In this document: in pieces, positions 18,738 to 28,041 of the stretch | Layout of the letters: every line of letters begins with the position of its first letter | How positions within the stretch are numbered: position 1 is the first letter of the stretch | NCBI GenBank assembly: GCA_001029675.1 | Contig: CP011210.1 | Coordinates: forward strand, 777,280-841,279 | DNA length: 64,000 nucleotides | Reading direction: 5' to 3' | From: Candidatus Beckwithbacteria bacterium GW2011_GWC1_49_16 | Lineage (GTDB): Bacteria; Patescibacteriota; Microgenomatia; UBA1400; CG1-02-47-37 | Notes under the pieces: generated by a model | Databases searched by the model: none | The model's input: only the letters and a program-made list of their open reading frames with translations | Told to the model about the DNA's origin: nothing | Program-made: the position numbers and the translations under genes

Positions 18738-19902
18738 CGATTTGTTTTTTAACCAAGGCTTTGAGTTTTTTTAAGTTTACCTTGTCGTCGGATTTTACAT
18801 AGACCCTGATCATAAACCGAGGCGATTTGGCCGGCTGGTGGGCAAACTTTCTCCTTCGCCCCAAAATGGGCAGGTGAATTTTCCGAAAGCCCTTGTCGAA
18901 CTGGGCGATGGCGGCGACGTCTTCCGGGGGCAATTTGAAGCTTTGGGCGATGGCGTCTGAAAGCCGACCGCTAAATCTAGTGTAATCGTACATCGAAGGG
19001 AACACCGGCGCGTCGACAGTCCGGTCAAAGCTGAAGACCTCTTGATAAAACTGCCAGTGATAAGCCCTGTGGATCAGTTTGGCGGTTTTGGGGTTTAAAC
19101 CTCTCAAGTAATGCAGCGCTCCATCGTCGGTTTTGAGAAAAAAGTTTTTGTCAAGCTCGCCGTTTCTGTGGGCAAAGTGAAGCGCCCGGGTGAGCATGGC
19201 GGCTGGGGCCAAGTTTTCCCGGCTGTAAAGATAGTTATAGACCTGGTGGCGGCAACGCTCCCAGGCTTTGATTTGGTCCAAGTACCTCCCGGATAAAACC
19301 AGCTGGCCGTTTTTTTGAAAGACGAAAGCTTTGACTAGTCTTTCCGGGCGGTAGTAGCTGCCGCTGGCCAGAAGCCCGACACTTTGGCCGAAGCGGAGGG
19401 TGTTGTCGAGATTGTCAAGGTCGATGCTGCCGTTGACTAAGTCTGACAGGGGTGGGTTTACACCTTCGATATAGCTTAAAATTGTATTTAAATTTCCCCC
19501 TTGGCTTCTGATCACTCTGCCAATCTCGGTGTTAACCAGAAGCTTACGAGAAAACTCTTCGTGGTTTTGACCGGTGAGGGCAATCTGGAAAGGCTCGGAC
19601 AGGTGGGAAAATGGCGGAGTGCCGATGTCGTGCAAGGTCGCGGCCAGGACGATGTTGACCGCCTCCTTTTTGATCCGCCAGTGGGCGGATTTGACTAAGA
19701 GTTTGGCGAGAAATCTTACTCCCCGACTGTGTTCGGCTTTGCTGGCGGCAACGCCGGTGGGCTGGACCCAAGTGGGAATGGCCGATAAAGACACCCGGTT
19801 TAAGCGGGCAAACTGGGGGGTTTGGTAGATCGCCAAGTCGTCGGGGGCAACTTCGCTTCTGCCGTAGATTCGATCGTAGTGGGTAAAAACGGCTTTTGCC
19901 AT
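18724..19902 (-). CDS. HD-domain phosphohydrolase (dGTPase-like)
   Basis: HD motif LHDIGTPPFSH, dNTP triphosphohydrolase-like. Confidence 0.65.
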   Translation of the reverse strand: MAKAVFTHYDRIYGRSEVAPDDLAIYQTPQFARLNRVSLSAIPTWVQPTGVAASKAEHSRGVRFLAKLLVKSAHWRIKKEAVNIVLAATLHDIGTPPFSHLSEPFQIALTGQNHEEFSRKLLVNTEIGRVIRSQGGNLNTILSYIEGVNPPLSDLVNGSIDLDNLDNTLRFGQSVGLLASGSYYRPERLVKAFVFQKNGQLVLSGRYLDQIKAWERCRHQVYNYLYSRENLAPAAMLTRALHFAHRNGELDKNFFLKTDDGALHYLRGLNPKTAKLIHRAYHWQFYQEVFSFDRTVDAPVFPSMYDYTRFSGRLSDAIAQSFKLPPEDVAAIAQFDKGFRKIHLPILGRRRKFAHQPAKSPRFMIRVYVKSDDKVNLKKLKALVKKQIATIG

Positions 19903-19909
19903 AAGGAAG

Positions 19910-20404
19910 TTATTTTACTATCTTTGGCCAACCAATCAAGGGCAGTTTTAAGGGTTTTATAAGATGGCGGCGGTAGAGGTTTAAAGTCTCGGCGTGGTCG
20001 AAGGCTATTTTCTCTGCCGGAGGCAGGGCGTCAAGCTTAAACCACTCCACCCGACTGATTTCTCCGTCCTGCTGGCCGACTTTTTTTATCGGAGTGGCCA
20101 GATAGACCAGAGCCACGTTCTGCCGATCTTCTCCTCGCCGCTTGGGGTTGTCGATCAGCCGAAACAACTCTTCAACCTTTACCTGGTAGCCGGTTTCCTC
20201 CAAGGTCTCGCGGGTGGCGGCTTCTGCCGCGGTTTCGTCGCGTTCTAAGTACCCGCCGGGCAAAGCCCACTTACCCGCTTCAAGCAGGGTGTCGTCTCCC
20301 CTTTTGACCAAAAGAATTTTGTCGGCCTTGACCACCAGCGTGTCCACTACCACGTGGCGGAGCTTGGTTGGCTGGTCGGAGTCTTCAAAGTAACAGGTGA
20401 TCAT
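19910..20404 (-). CDS. NUDIX hydrolase
   Basis: Nudix box [23 protein letters not shown]. Confidence 0.8.
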   Translation of the reverse strand: MITCYFEDSDQPTKLRHVVVDTLVVKADKILLVKRGDDTLLEAGKWALPGGYLERDETAAEAATRETLEETGYQVKVEELFRLIDNPKRRGEDRQNVALVYLATPIKKVGQQDGEISRVEWFKLDALPPAEKIAFDHAETLNLYRRHLIKPLKLPLIGWPKIVK

Positions 20405-21498
20405 AACCCGTACCAGGAAAATTCCTGCTTCATAGTTTTTAAACCGTGGTTTAGCAAATCTCTCATGAATTTGTCTTCTTTAAAAGTGAGCTTTTTCTTT
20501 CTCAAGGTGATTTTGGAAACAAGATAACGCAGCCTTAAAAGATGAAACTTAGCCTCGTATTCTTTTGGTAGTGGCGAAATTTGCTGATAACCCCGCTTAA
20601 GATGTTCCAGGCGTTCCAAAGGAAAAAACAGGCTCCAGCAAGCAAAGTCGGCCATGGGGTCGCCGGAGTGGCATTCATCCCAATCTAAAACGGCGGTAAC
20701 TCGGCCATTTTGGGCCAGTTGGTTCCAGTCGGCCAGATCATTCTGGATTAAGACCGACCGCTTATAATCGAGTAAGGTTTTGTTAGCGGAGAAAATTTTG
20801 GAAATTTTTTTTCTTTGGGAGGGCGTGATAACTTGAGTCTTTTGTAAATAGTTGAGATTTTTAGTCAGAGCGGCGAGGACATGATCAGACCATTGAGGCT
20901 GAATGCCGACTAGTTGTTTTTTGGCTTTGGCGAGGCGATTGTCAAAAAAGCCAAAATTCTTGGTGTGGATGGTGTGAATTTTAGCCAGTAGTTTACCGGT
21001 ATCTTCGATTAACTTTTGATCCAGTTTTTTGGCAATCGGCCACATGTCTTTCATGTTTCTGCCCGGCAAGTACTCGGTCAACATATAGTCAAAATTAAAC
21101 TTGTCTCTTGTGTCGTCGATAAAGTAAGTTTTGTAGGCAGGCACTCCGACCTCTCTGGCTTTTTTGGCGGCGAGACTTTCGGCCCAAAAGTAGCCGTTTT
21201 TAACTTCCGGTGGGTGGCCGCGGAAAATTACCAAAGTGCCGTCGGCAAGCTTGGCCTTGATGACAACATTGACCGAACCAAAAGGAATCATCTCATAGAG
21301 CTTGACCGCCCTGGCTTTGCTTTTGGCTTTGCCAGCCTGAACCATGCCTGACTCTATCGCCTGTCTAGCCAGATCAGAATTAAAGTTTTGGTGCCGATCC
21401 AGAAAGACCTTTTTGGTTTCGGCCTCGTCAAATGGTCGATCTACCTGCCAGTAGAACATGCGGGAACGATCGACAGATTTTCCAAACTTGGCGTTCAT
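20401..21498 (-). CDS. phosphotransferase-family kinase (APH/choline-kinase-like)
   Basis: Catalytic loop [10 protein letters not shown] and DWD motif. Overlaps its neighbours by 4 nt on each side. Confidence 0.55.
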   Translation of the reverse strand: MNAKFGKSVDRSRMFYWQVDRPFDEAETKKVFLDRHQNFNSDLARQAIESGMVQAGKAKSKARAVKLYEMIPFGSVNVVIKAKLADGTLVIFRGHPPEVKNGYFWAESLAAKKAREVGVPAYKTYFIDDTRDKFNFDYMLTEYLPGRNMKDMWPIAKKLDQKLIEDTGKLLAKIHTIHTKNFGFFDNRLAKAKKQLVGIQPQWSDHVLAALTKNLNYLQKTQVITPSQRKKISKIFSANKTLLDYKRSVLIQNDLADWNQLAQNGRVTAVLDWDECHSGDPMADFACWSLFFPLERLEHLKRGYQQISPLPKEYEAKFHLLRLRYLVSKITLRKKKLTFKEDKFMRDLLNHGLKTMKQEFSWYGL

Positions 21499-22307
21499 TG
21501 GGCTAAAATTGGCCTTATCTTTCGAGCCAGTTTTTGAGCTAGTTCTTTATGACCCATGACCAGGGTGAATTCTGTGTCTTTGATGTTTTTGCGGCTAAAG
21601 TCAGGCGGTGGCGAAATAAACTCGACGTAGGTGTCGGTTTCGTAGGCCAAAAGCAAAATGCCGCCAATGTCCCAAATGCCCTGGTTGACCATTAAAGCGA
21701 CATGGCTTCTGCCCATAACCGCCATGACGCCGTCGCTGACGGTACAGCCGTAGTAGCGGGGAAAGACGGCCACCTGACCGATGGCCTCAAACAGCTTGAG
21801 CTTTAATGAGTTGGCCCCGACGCCGGTGTAGGTGGCAAAAAGCTGCCGGGGTAGCTTGGCTTGGCGGCGCGGTTTAATGGGGTGGTTGTTTTTGAAAACG
21901 CCGCCGGAGGCTGTGGCATAGAAGACCTCTTTTTGTATCGGCAAAGAGATCATGGTGTAGACGGGCTGATTAAAATGCCACAAGCCCAAGGAAATGGCAA
22001 AAACGGGCACCCGGTTGGCAAAGTTGTAGGTGCCGTCGATGGGATCGATGACCCAGTTGTATTCTTTGAGATTGACCTTGGCAGTCTCTTCGCCGACAAA
22101 GCCGACTTGGGGGAATTTTTGTTTCAGCTCGGTTTTGAATAGCTTTTCGATGTCGCGGTCTGCCTGGGTAACAACTGAAGTAGAGATTGACTCCCGGGGT
22201 TTGAATTCCTTTTTAATTCCCTGGTAAAAATATTTAACGGCCAATTTCTCGGCGCGGGCCATCAATGGCGTAACTTCTCGGTGGACTGATTTTAAATCAA
22301 GAGTCAT
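21495..22307 (-). CDS. inositol monophosphatase family protein
   Basis: IMPase motifs WVIDPIDGT and GEE. Confidence 0.75.
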   Translation of the reverse strand: MTLDLKSVHREVTPLMARAEKLAVKYFYQGIKKEFKPRESISTSVVTQADRDIEKLFKTELKQKFPQVGFVGEETAKVNLKEYNWVIDPIDGTYNFANRVPVFAISLGLWHFNQPVYTMISLPIQKEVFYATASGGVFKNNHPIKPRRQAKLPRQLFATYTGVGANSLKLKLFEAIGQVAVFPRYYGCTVSDGVMAVMGRSHVALMVNQGIWDIGGILLLAYETDTYVEFISPPPDFSRKNIKDTEFTLVMGHKELAQKLARKIRPILAQ

Positions 22308-22326
22308 GGGTCGATTATATAACAGC

Positions 22327-23484
22327 CTAGAGATAACTATACTTTTTGCTGATTTTGGTTTGGTAGAAAATCACGGCCGGGTAGATGAGCATCACCGAGC
22401 CTAAAAGGTAAAAAATCATTCTTGGGGGCGATTGAAAGGTAAAGTTAATCGCTATCAAACCTAGACCGATGATTCGGCCAAAATTTAAAAGAAATTCTCT
22501 TATGGCAAAGCCTCGAGTGCCTTGAGGATGGAGATCGACAAAGATCGAAGTGGAAAAATTCCAAAACAAAGGCATAAGGAATCTTACCAGGCCGGTAACG
22601 ACCAACCAGTAAGCCAAACTATTTAGAGCAGCGGGAAAGACAAAAGTAATTAAGGCTAAAGCAACGGTAATCGGATAAATAAATATCAGCCGTTTTTGGA
22701 GCTTGTCAGAGAGTCGCCCTAAAAGTAGGTTGGCTAACACGCTCATCAACGCCAGGTAGGCCAGATAAGTACCGTAGTAGAAGGGGGTAGTAATAAAATA
22801 GAGGCCAAAAATGGGAATGATGCCGAAAATAATTGCCTCCCAAATGCCTTCGAGAAGCAAGAGCAAGCGCATGGCCTTAATATAGCGCCAACCTGATTTA
22901 AGGCTGAAGTAAACGGTAAAGTTTTTTTGGAATTTAGTCAAATAAAAACTCAACCCAAAAAATAATGTGGCCAAAACCCAAACAATGTTGTAGCTAATTT
23001 CAGCTAAGGCGCCGGCAACTAGAGGAGCCGCCAGGCCAATAACAGGACCCAGGCTAAACATAATCGCCGAACTGAAACTGGTACGATGGCTAGGAGTAAG
23101 CTTAAAGTGGGCCGTGTTGTAGGCGGTCCAAAACAAGACGTTAGTTAAACCAGAGATAGAGGCAACCAGGTAAAACTGCCAAGGGCTTTTAATCTTGATG
23201 ATTAAAAGAATGAAGATAATCGCCGCGATTAAGGCCCAACGCCAAGAGACGCGAGCAGAAAGCTTTTTGAGTAAAAAAAGTATTAAGACGCCACCAGAAC
23301 ATAAAAATACCGTGCCGGTAATAATTTGCTGAATGGAAAGGCCTTGGTTTAAAAAATGAGGGGCTAGAACCGAATCGGTAAAACTTCTAAACCACAGGTA
23401 AGACAAATTAAAAATAATTAAAGATAGAAAGCTGCGCCGAAGCGGGCTAGAGGTGGATTGTTTTAGTCTCTCGAGTAATTTCAT
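22327..23484 (-). CDS. multi-pass membrane transporter (MFS-like)
   Basis: About 10-12 TM helices. No specific motif. Confidence 0.4.
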   Translation of the reverse strand: MKLLERLKQSTSSPLRRSFLSLIIFNLSYLWFRSFTDSVLAPHFLNQGLSIQQIITGTVFLCSGGVLILFLLKKLSARVSWRWALIAAIIFILLIIKIKSPWQFYLVASISGLTNVLFWTAYNTAHFKLTPSHRTSFSSAIMFSLGPVIGLAAPLVAGALAEISYNIVWVLATLFFGLSFYLTKFQKNFTVYFSLKSGWRYIKAMRLLLLLEGIWEAIIFGIIPIFGLYFITTPFYYGTYLAYLALMSVLANLLLGRLSDKLQKRLIFIYPITVALALITFVFPAALNSLAYWLVVTGLVRFLMPLFWNFSTSIFVDLHPQGTRGFAIREFLLNFGRIIGLGLIAINFTFQSPPRMIFYLLGSVMLIYPAVIFYQTKISKKYSYL

Positions 23485-24601
23485 CGATAATGGTATTAAT
23501 TTTAATCTTCTCTTCTATAAATTTTACTCTTTTGCTGTCGGCTTTGGTGGCGGGATGAGCGGAGATGATCGAGCAGCAGTCTTTGTAGGGGGCAATCGCG
23601 GCTGATTCCAGCCCCAAGTTTTTGACTAAATTGATCACTTCTTGTTTGTCGCTGCCGATCAGGGGTCGAAAAATGGGTAAGTTGACCGCTTGGTCGACGG
23701 CAACGATGTTTTCCATCGTCTGGGAGGCGACTTGACCCAAAGAATCGCCCAAGACCAAAGCTTGGTAGCCTAATTTTTGGGCCAACTTCTGGCCCACTCT
23801 GACCATCAAGCGCCGGAAAGTAACCAGCTCCTGGCGGGCGTCGCGACCGGCAAGGTCTAAAACGGCCATCTGAAAAGGAGTGTAGGCGGCCAGGTAAAGT
23901 TTTTGAGATAAAGTCCACGGCTTTAATCCGTCAACAATGGTTTTGATTTTGGAATCTAAGACTTTTTTGGGGTCGGCAAAGACGTGGAAGTGTAAGAAAT
24001 CGACTGTCGCTCCCCTTTTGGCCAGTAAATACGAGGCGACGATGGAATCAAAGCCACCGGAAACAAGCGATAGGACCTTGCCGGAGGTGCCGACCGGCAA
24101 GCCGCCGGCGCCGGGGATTTTTTGGTCAAAAACTAAGGCTTTTTTCTTGGCGGCGACGATATAAAGAGTTTTGTCGGGTTTTCCTAAATCAACTTTAAGG
24201 CTGGTTTTAACTCTAACAACCTCGCCTACTTTTCTTTCCAACTCTAAACTGGTAAAAGGCAAGTTTTTGTCTTGCCTTGCTGCCCTGACGGCAAAAGTGG
24301 CCACCTTTCTGTCCCAGCCGCCCGTCAACCTTACCGCCGCCTGCTTGATCTTACCCACCTGGCTGATAGTCTCTTTTACCGGGGCAAACCAGGCTATACC
24401 AAAGACTCTTTGCAGTTTCTCGAGGCTTTTATTAATTAAATTAGATTTAACGGTTAAGACAAGCTGCTTGTTTTGCCTGACCAGACGATAGCCGCCTTTT
24501 CCCAGGGCGGTTTTAATATTTAGGGCTAGCTGATCTTCGAATTTGCCTCGATTGCCACCCTTTAAGGCAATCTCGGCGTAGCGGATGAGGATTTGAGCCA
24601 T
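23447..24601 (-). CDS. thiI: tRNA 4-thiouridine(8) synthase
   Basis: THUMP-like N-terminus and PP-loop SGGFDS. Confidence 0.8.
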   Translation of the reverse strand: MAQILIRYAEIALKGGNRGKFEDQLALNIKTALGKGGYRLVRQNKQLVLTVKSNLINKSLEKLQRVFGIAWFAPVKETISQVGKIKQAAVRLTGGWDRKVATFAVRAARQDKNLPFTSLELERKVGEVVRVKTSLKVDLGKPDKTLYIVAAKKKALVFDQKIPGAGGLPVGTSGKVLSLVSGGFDSIVASYLLAKRGATVDFLHFHVFADPKKVLDSKIKTIVDGLKPWTLSQKLYLAAYTPFQMAVLDLAGRDARQELVTFRRLMVRVGQKLAQKLGYQALVLGDSLGQVASQTMENIVAVDQAVNLPIFRPLIGSDKQEVINLVKNLGLESAAIAPYKDCCSIISAHPATKADSKRVKFIEEKIKINTIIDEITRETKTIHL

Positions 24602-24603
24602 AA

Positions 24604-25023
24604 CTACCCCAAGCGTTCAATTAGTTCTTTGGGGTTAACTATTCTTGGTCTTTTGACTCGAGTTTTTAAACTAAGAATGTGCTTTTTATCCAAGCTAACC
24701 AAGTAATCCGCCTTAATATCTTGACAAGAGGCGAGAAGATGGGCGTCTCCGGGATCTGCCACTGTCTTTGATAATTTGTCAACAGACTTTAAGCCAGGGG
24801 CTGGATAAATTTTATTAAAAGCCAATAAACAATTTCTGAAATGCCGGCGAGAAACTTTAATCTTTGAGAGGTGGCGTCTGATTTCATCGAGAACAATTTC
24901 GCTAATGACGCCGTTAATTCTTCCTTGACTACCCCAGTTGATGAGTTTAGCCGAGCCACCAGATTTTGATCTTAAAGCGGCCAAAACTACCGAAGCGTTA
25001 AAAAAGACAACCGGCACTGACAT
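24604..25023 (-). CDS. PIN-domain-like protein (putative VapC-type toxin, first Asp replaced by Asn)
   Basis: PIN-like acidic positions (EIVLDE, DPGD, SLD), but the N-terminal motif reads FFNASVV. Start overlaps the stop of the upstream AbrB gene. Confidence 0.4.
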   Translation of the reverse strand: MSVPVVFFNASVVLAALRSKSGGSAKLINWGSQGRINGVISEIVLDEIRRHLSKIKVSRRHFRNCLLAFNKIYPAPGLKSVDKLSKTVADPGDAHLLASCQDIKADYLVSLDKKHILSLKTRVKRPRIVNPKELIERLG

Positions 25024-25274
25024 TATTTTTTAGATTTTGTGCCTTTTTGCAGCTGGTCGTCAAAATCAAAAAAGTCTTTTAATTCCTCGTCGGTGTAACT
25101 TCTGACAGGATAAGGCAAAGTTCTAACCGGTTCCAGATAAATTCTACCCTTGTCTTCCTTAATCCTAATTAAACCATTTTCCTCAAGGCCATATTTAGCT
25201 CTAATCGCCTTGGGAACAGTCATGAGCCCTTTAGGCTGGAGTTTGACGATAGTCTCCAATGATTGCTTTTGCAT
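25023..25274 (-). CDS. AbrB/SpoVT-family antitoxin-like DNA-binding protein
   Basis: Swapped-hairpin motif LQPKGLMTVPKAIRAKYGL. 83 aa. Confidence 0.6.
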   Translation of the reverse strand: MQKQSLETIVKLQPKGLMTVPKAIRAKYGLEENGLIRIKEDKGRIYLEPVRTLPYPVRSYTDEELKDFFDFDDQLQKGTKSKK

Positions 25275-25349
25275 ATTTTCTACTATATAGAAATTCTAAC
25301 TTTCTGTCAAGTGTTTTTTCCCATCAACTGTAAGCTACAATATAGACAA

Positions 25350-25805
25350 ATGAATAAAATTCCCTTCACCCAGGCAGGCTTGTCTAAAGTTATCGCCGAA
25401 AGAGATAAGTTCACGGCCGAGCGGCCGGAGGCGGTGGCCCACTTGCAAAAAGCCCGGGAAATGGGCGATCTGTCCGAAAACGGCTATTATAAAGAGTCCC
25501 GGGCCCGTCTATCTTTTATCGACGGCCGGTTGAGGTACCTGGAACGGATCATTAAAGCGGCCGCGGTGGTTGCGCCGGTTGGCGGCGATACCATTGGTTT
25601 TGGCAGCCGGGTGAAGTTAAACGACGGGGTGAAAGAATTTGAATACACTCTGGTCGGTTCGTTTGAGTCCGATCCAACCAAAAAAACCATTTCCGCCCAG
25701 TCTCCTCTGGGCCAAGCCCTGATGGGCAAAAAAGTCGGCGACCAAGTGACGGTAACCACTCCCAAAGGCACGACCGGATATCAAATCCTCAACGTCAGCG
25801 CTTGA
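25350..25805 (+). CDS. greA: transcription elongation factor GreA
   Basis: GreA N-terminal coiled-coil and C-terminal FKBP-like domain. Start taken at MNKIPF (25350), not the track's 25263. Confidence 0.8.
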   Translation: MNKIPFTQAGLSKVIAERDKFTAERPEAVAHLQKAREMGDLSENGYYKESRARLSFIDGRLRYLERIIKAAAVVAPVGGDTIGFGSRVKLNDGVKEFEYTLVGSFESDPTKKTISAQSPLGQALMGKKVGDQVTVTTPKGTTGYQILNVSA

Positions 25806-27591
25806 AGTTTAAATCTTTTTTTCTTAACCGCAAATGATGCGGCGTCACTTCCAAAAGTTCGTCCGGACCGATGAAAGTTAAGTATTGCTCCAGGGACATT
25901 TTTAAGGCCGGGGCGATTTTAATGGTGGCGTCGGAGGTCGAAGCGCGCATATTGGTCAGCTGCTTGCCCTTACAGATATTAAAATACATATCTCCCTGGC
26001 GGTTATTGAGGCCGATAATCATGCCTTGGTAAACTTCTTCTCCGGGACTGACAAACGATGTCGCCCGCTCCTGAAGATGGGCAATGGCGTAGGCCAAAGC
26101 TTTGCCGGGCTCGCTGGCAACGACCGCGCCGCTTCTTTGCCACACCACCGCTTCTTCTTCCGGCTCATAGTCCCAAAAGACTGAGTTGACCACGCTCGCG
26201 CCCGAGGTTTTGGTTAAAAGTTCGCCCCGCAAGCCGATCAGGTTTTTGGTGGAGATTTTATATTCAAAGCGCACTCCGCTTTTGGCGGTCTGCATGTTGA
26301 CCATAGCTGCTTTTCTTTGACCCAGGCTGTTTAAAACCACGCCGTTATATTTTTCCGGCACTTCGAGGTACAGTTTTTCAAACGGCTCTAAAGTCTTTCC
26401 GCCTTCTTTTTTGTAAATCACCTGCGGCTGGGAAACGGAAAACTCGTAGCCTTCGCGGCGCATCGTCTCCACCAAAATCGACAAGTGCAGTTCGCCCCTG
26501 CCGGCGACGACAAAACTGTTACCCGAGGCGTCGGCTTCGATTTTGAGACTGATGTTAGTCTCGATTTCCTTCTTGAGCCTGGTCTGGATTTGTCGCGAAG
26601 TGGTCAACTTACCGTCTTTGGCCACCAAGGGTGAAGTCGATACAGACAGTTCGATTTTTAAAATCGGTTGGGTAATTTCCAACGGCGGCATTGGGTCTAA
26701 ATGCTCCGGGTCGGTCAAGGTGTCACCGATTTTGATTTCGGAAAAACCAGCCAGAGCGACGATCTCGCCCGCCGCCGCCAGGTCAATTGCCTGTTTTCTT
26801 AACCCCTGGAAAGTAAACAGATATTCGACGTTTCCCTGGCCCACCCGCTTATCGTCCCTGACAATGGCCAAACTCTGGCCAACCTTGATGGTGCCCCGGT
26901 TAATCCGGCCGATGGCGTAGCGGCCTTTATGGGCATCGTAATCCAGGGTAGTAATCTGCATCTGCGCCGGACCGCGTCGGTCACCCGGAGGCGCGGGGAT
27001 AGTTTTAATAATCGTTTCAAACAGCAGAGACAAATCTTTATCGTCTTTTAAATCCACGTTTTTGCCGACCACGCCGCGACGGCCGACGGCGTACAAAACC
27101 GGAAAATCGAGCTGATCCGAGTGCTCGACCAAGTCCAAAAACAGATCACTGATTTCGTCTAAGACTTTAGCGGCTCTTTGATCTTTGCGGTCGACTTTGT
27201 TGATGATCACGATCGGCTTTAACTTAAGTTTTAAGGCCAAAGACAAAACATAGCGGGTTTGCGACAACACCCCTTCGGCGGCATCTACCAAAAGCAAACA
27301 GCCCTCGGCCATGTTTAAAACCCGTTCGACTTCGCCGGAAAAATCGGCGTGGCCGGGGGTATCGATGATGTTAATTTTGTAACCTTGCCAGCTGATGGCC
27401 GTGTTTTTGGCCAAGATGGTCACACCCCGTTCGCGCTCCAACTCGGTGGAGTCGAGAATCATGTCCTGCTGCATTTGCGCCTCGTGGGCGGCAAAGGCGT
27501 GGGATTGCTTTAACAAATGATCAACCAGGGTAGTTTTGCCGTGGTCAACATGGGCGATGATGGCGATGTTTCTGATTTTGGCTTGATCCAT
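25795..27591 (-). CDS. typA: translational GTPase TypA/BipA
   Basis: G1 [18 protein letters not shown]. Length about 600 aa. Confidence 0.9.
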   Translation of the reverse strand: MDQAKIRNIAIIAHVDHGKTTLVDHLLKQSHAFAAHEAQMQQDMILDSTELERERGVTILAKNTAISWQGYKINIIDTPGHADFSGEVERVLNMAEGCLLLVDAAEGVLSQTRYVLSLALKLKLKPIVIINKVDRKDQRAAKVLDEISDLFLDLVEHSDQLDFPVLYAVGRRGVVGKNVDLKDDKDLSLLFETIIKTIPAPPGDRRGPAQMQITTLDYDAHKGRYAIGRINRGTIKVGQSLAIVRDDKRVGQGNVEYLFTFQGLRKQAIDLAAAGEIVALAGFSEIKIGDTLTDPEHLDPMPPLEITQPILKIELSVSTSPLVAKDGKLTTSRQIQTRLKKEIETNISLKIEADASGNSFVVAGRGELHLSILVETMRREGYEFSVSQPQVIYKKEGGKTLEPFEKLYLEVPEKYNGVVLNSLGQRKAAMVNMQTAKSGVRFEYKISTKNLIGLRGELLTKTSGASVVNSVFWDYEPEEEAVVWQRSGAVVASEPGKALAYAIAHLQERATSFVSPGEEVYQGMIIGLNNRQGDMYFNICKGKQLTNMRASTSDATIKIAPALKMSLEQYLTFIGPDELLEVTPHHLRLRKKDLNFKR

Positions 27592-27662
27592 AAAGAGATG
27601 TTTGCATCAAAACTTGTATTATACTCCGGTTTGTTATAATTAGCTGACTTTATAGATTATTC

Positions 27663-27733
27663 TGCCGGGTGGTGAAATGGCATCACTGCTGGCTCTGAAC
27701 CAGCCATTCTAGGTTCGAATCCTAGCCCGGCAA
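27663..27733 (+). tRNA. tRNA-Gln (anticodon CTG)
   Basis: Cloverleaf folded by hand: acceptor TGCCGGG/CCCGGCA, D-stem GTGA/TCAC, anticodon loop CTCTGAA, T-arm CTAGG-TTCGAAT-CCTAG. CCA not encoded. Promoter-like TTGTAT...TATAAT upstream. Confidence 0.8.
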
Positions 27734-27745
27734 CCCCTCGACTAT

Positions 27746-28006
27746 ATGGCTTATTTTGTATATATCTTGCGAACCTCCGCAAACACTCTTTATATCGGCC
27801 AGACAAATAATTTGACAAAACGGCTTAAAGAGCATAAAGAAAAATCTAACAGGTCGGCAAGATATATCAGGTATTTTTCTTCTTTTGAACTGGTTTATAA
27901 AGAATCGCATCCTACCCGCGTCGAGGCAATGAAGAGAGAATGGCAACTGAAAAAATGGCCTCGAGCTAAAAAAGAAGCGTTGGTAAAGAAGAAGCTAAAA
28001 GCCTAG
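27746..28006 (+). CDS. GIY-YIG nuclease family protein (YhbQ/UPF0213-like)
   Basis: YFVYILRTSANTLYIGQTNNLTKRLKEH aligns to YhbQ. Starts 13 nt after the tRNA. AT-rich. Confidence 0.65.
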   Translation: MAYFVYILRTSANTLYIGQTNNLTKRLKEHKEKSNRSARYIRYFSSFELVYKESHPTRVEAMKREWQLKKWPRAKKEALVKKKLKA

Positions 28007-28024
28007 CTTTTCTTTGACGAAGAT
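27988..28024. repeat. left copy of direct repeat (degenerate 3' fragment of the LUD gene)
   Basis: Core 27999-28024 aagcctagcttttctttgacgaagat vs 33017-33042 aaccctagtttttctttgacgaagat. Minus-strand reading gives IFVKEKLGF*, the same as the true LUD C-terminus. Confidence 0.75.
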
Positions 28025-28041
28025 GGGGTCCACGTTGGAGA

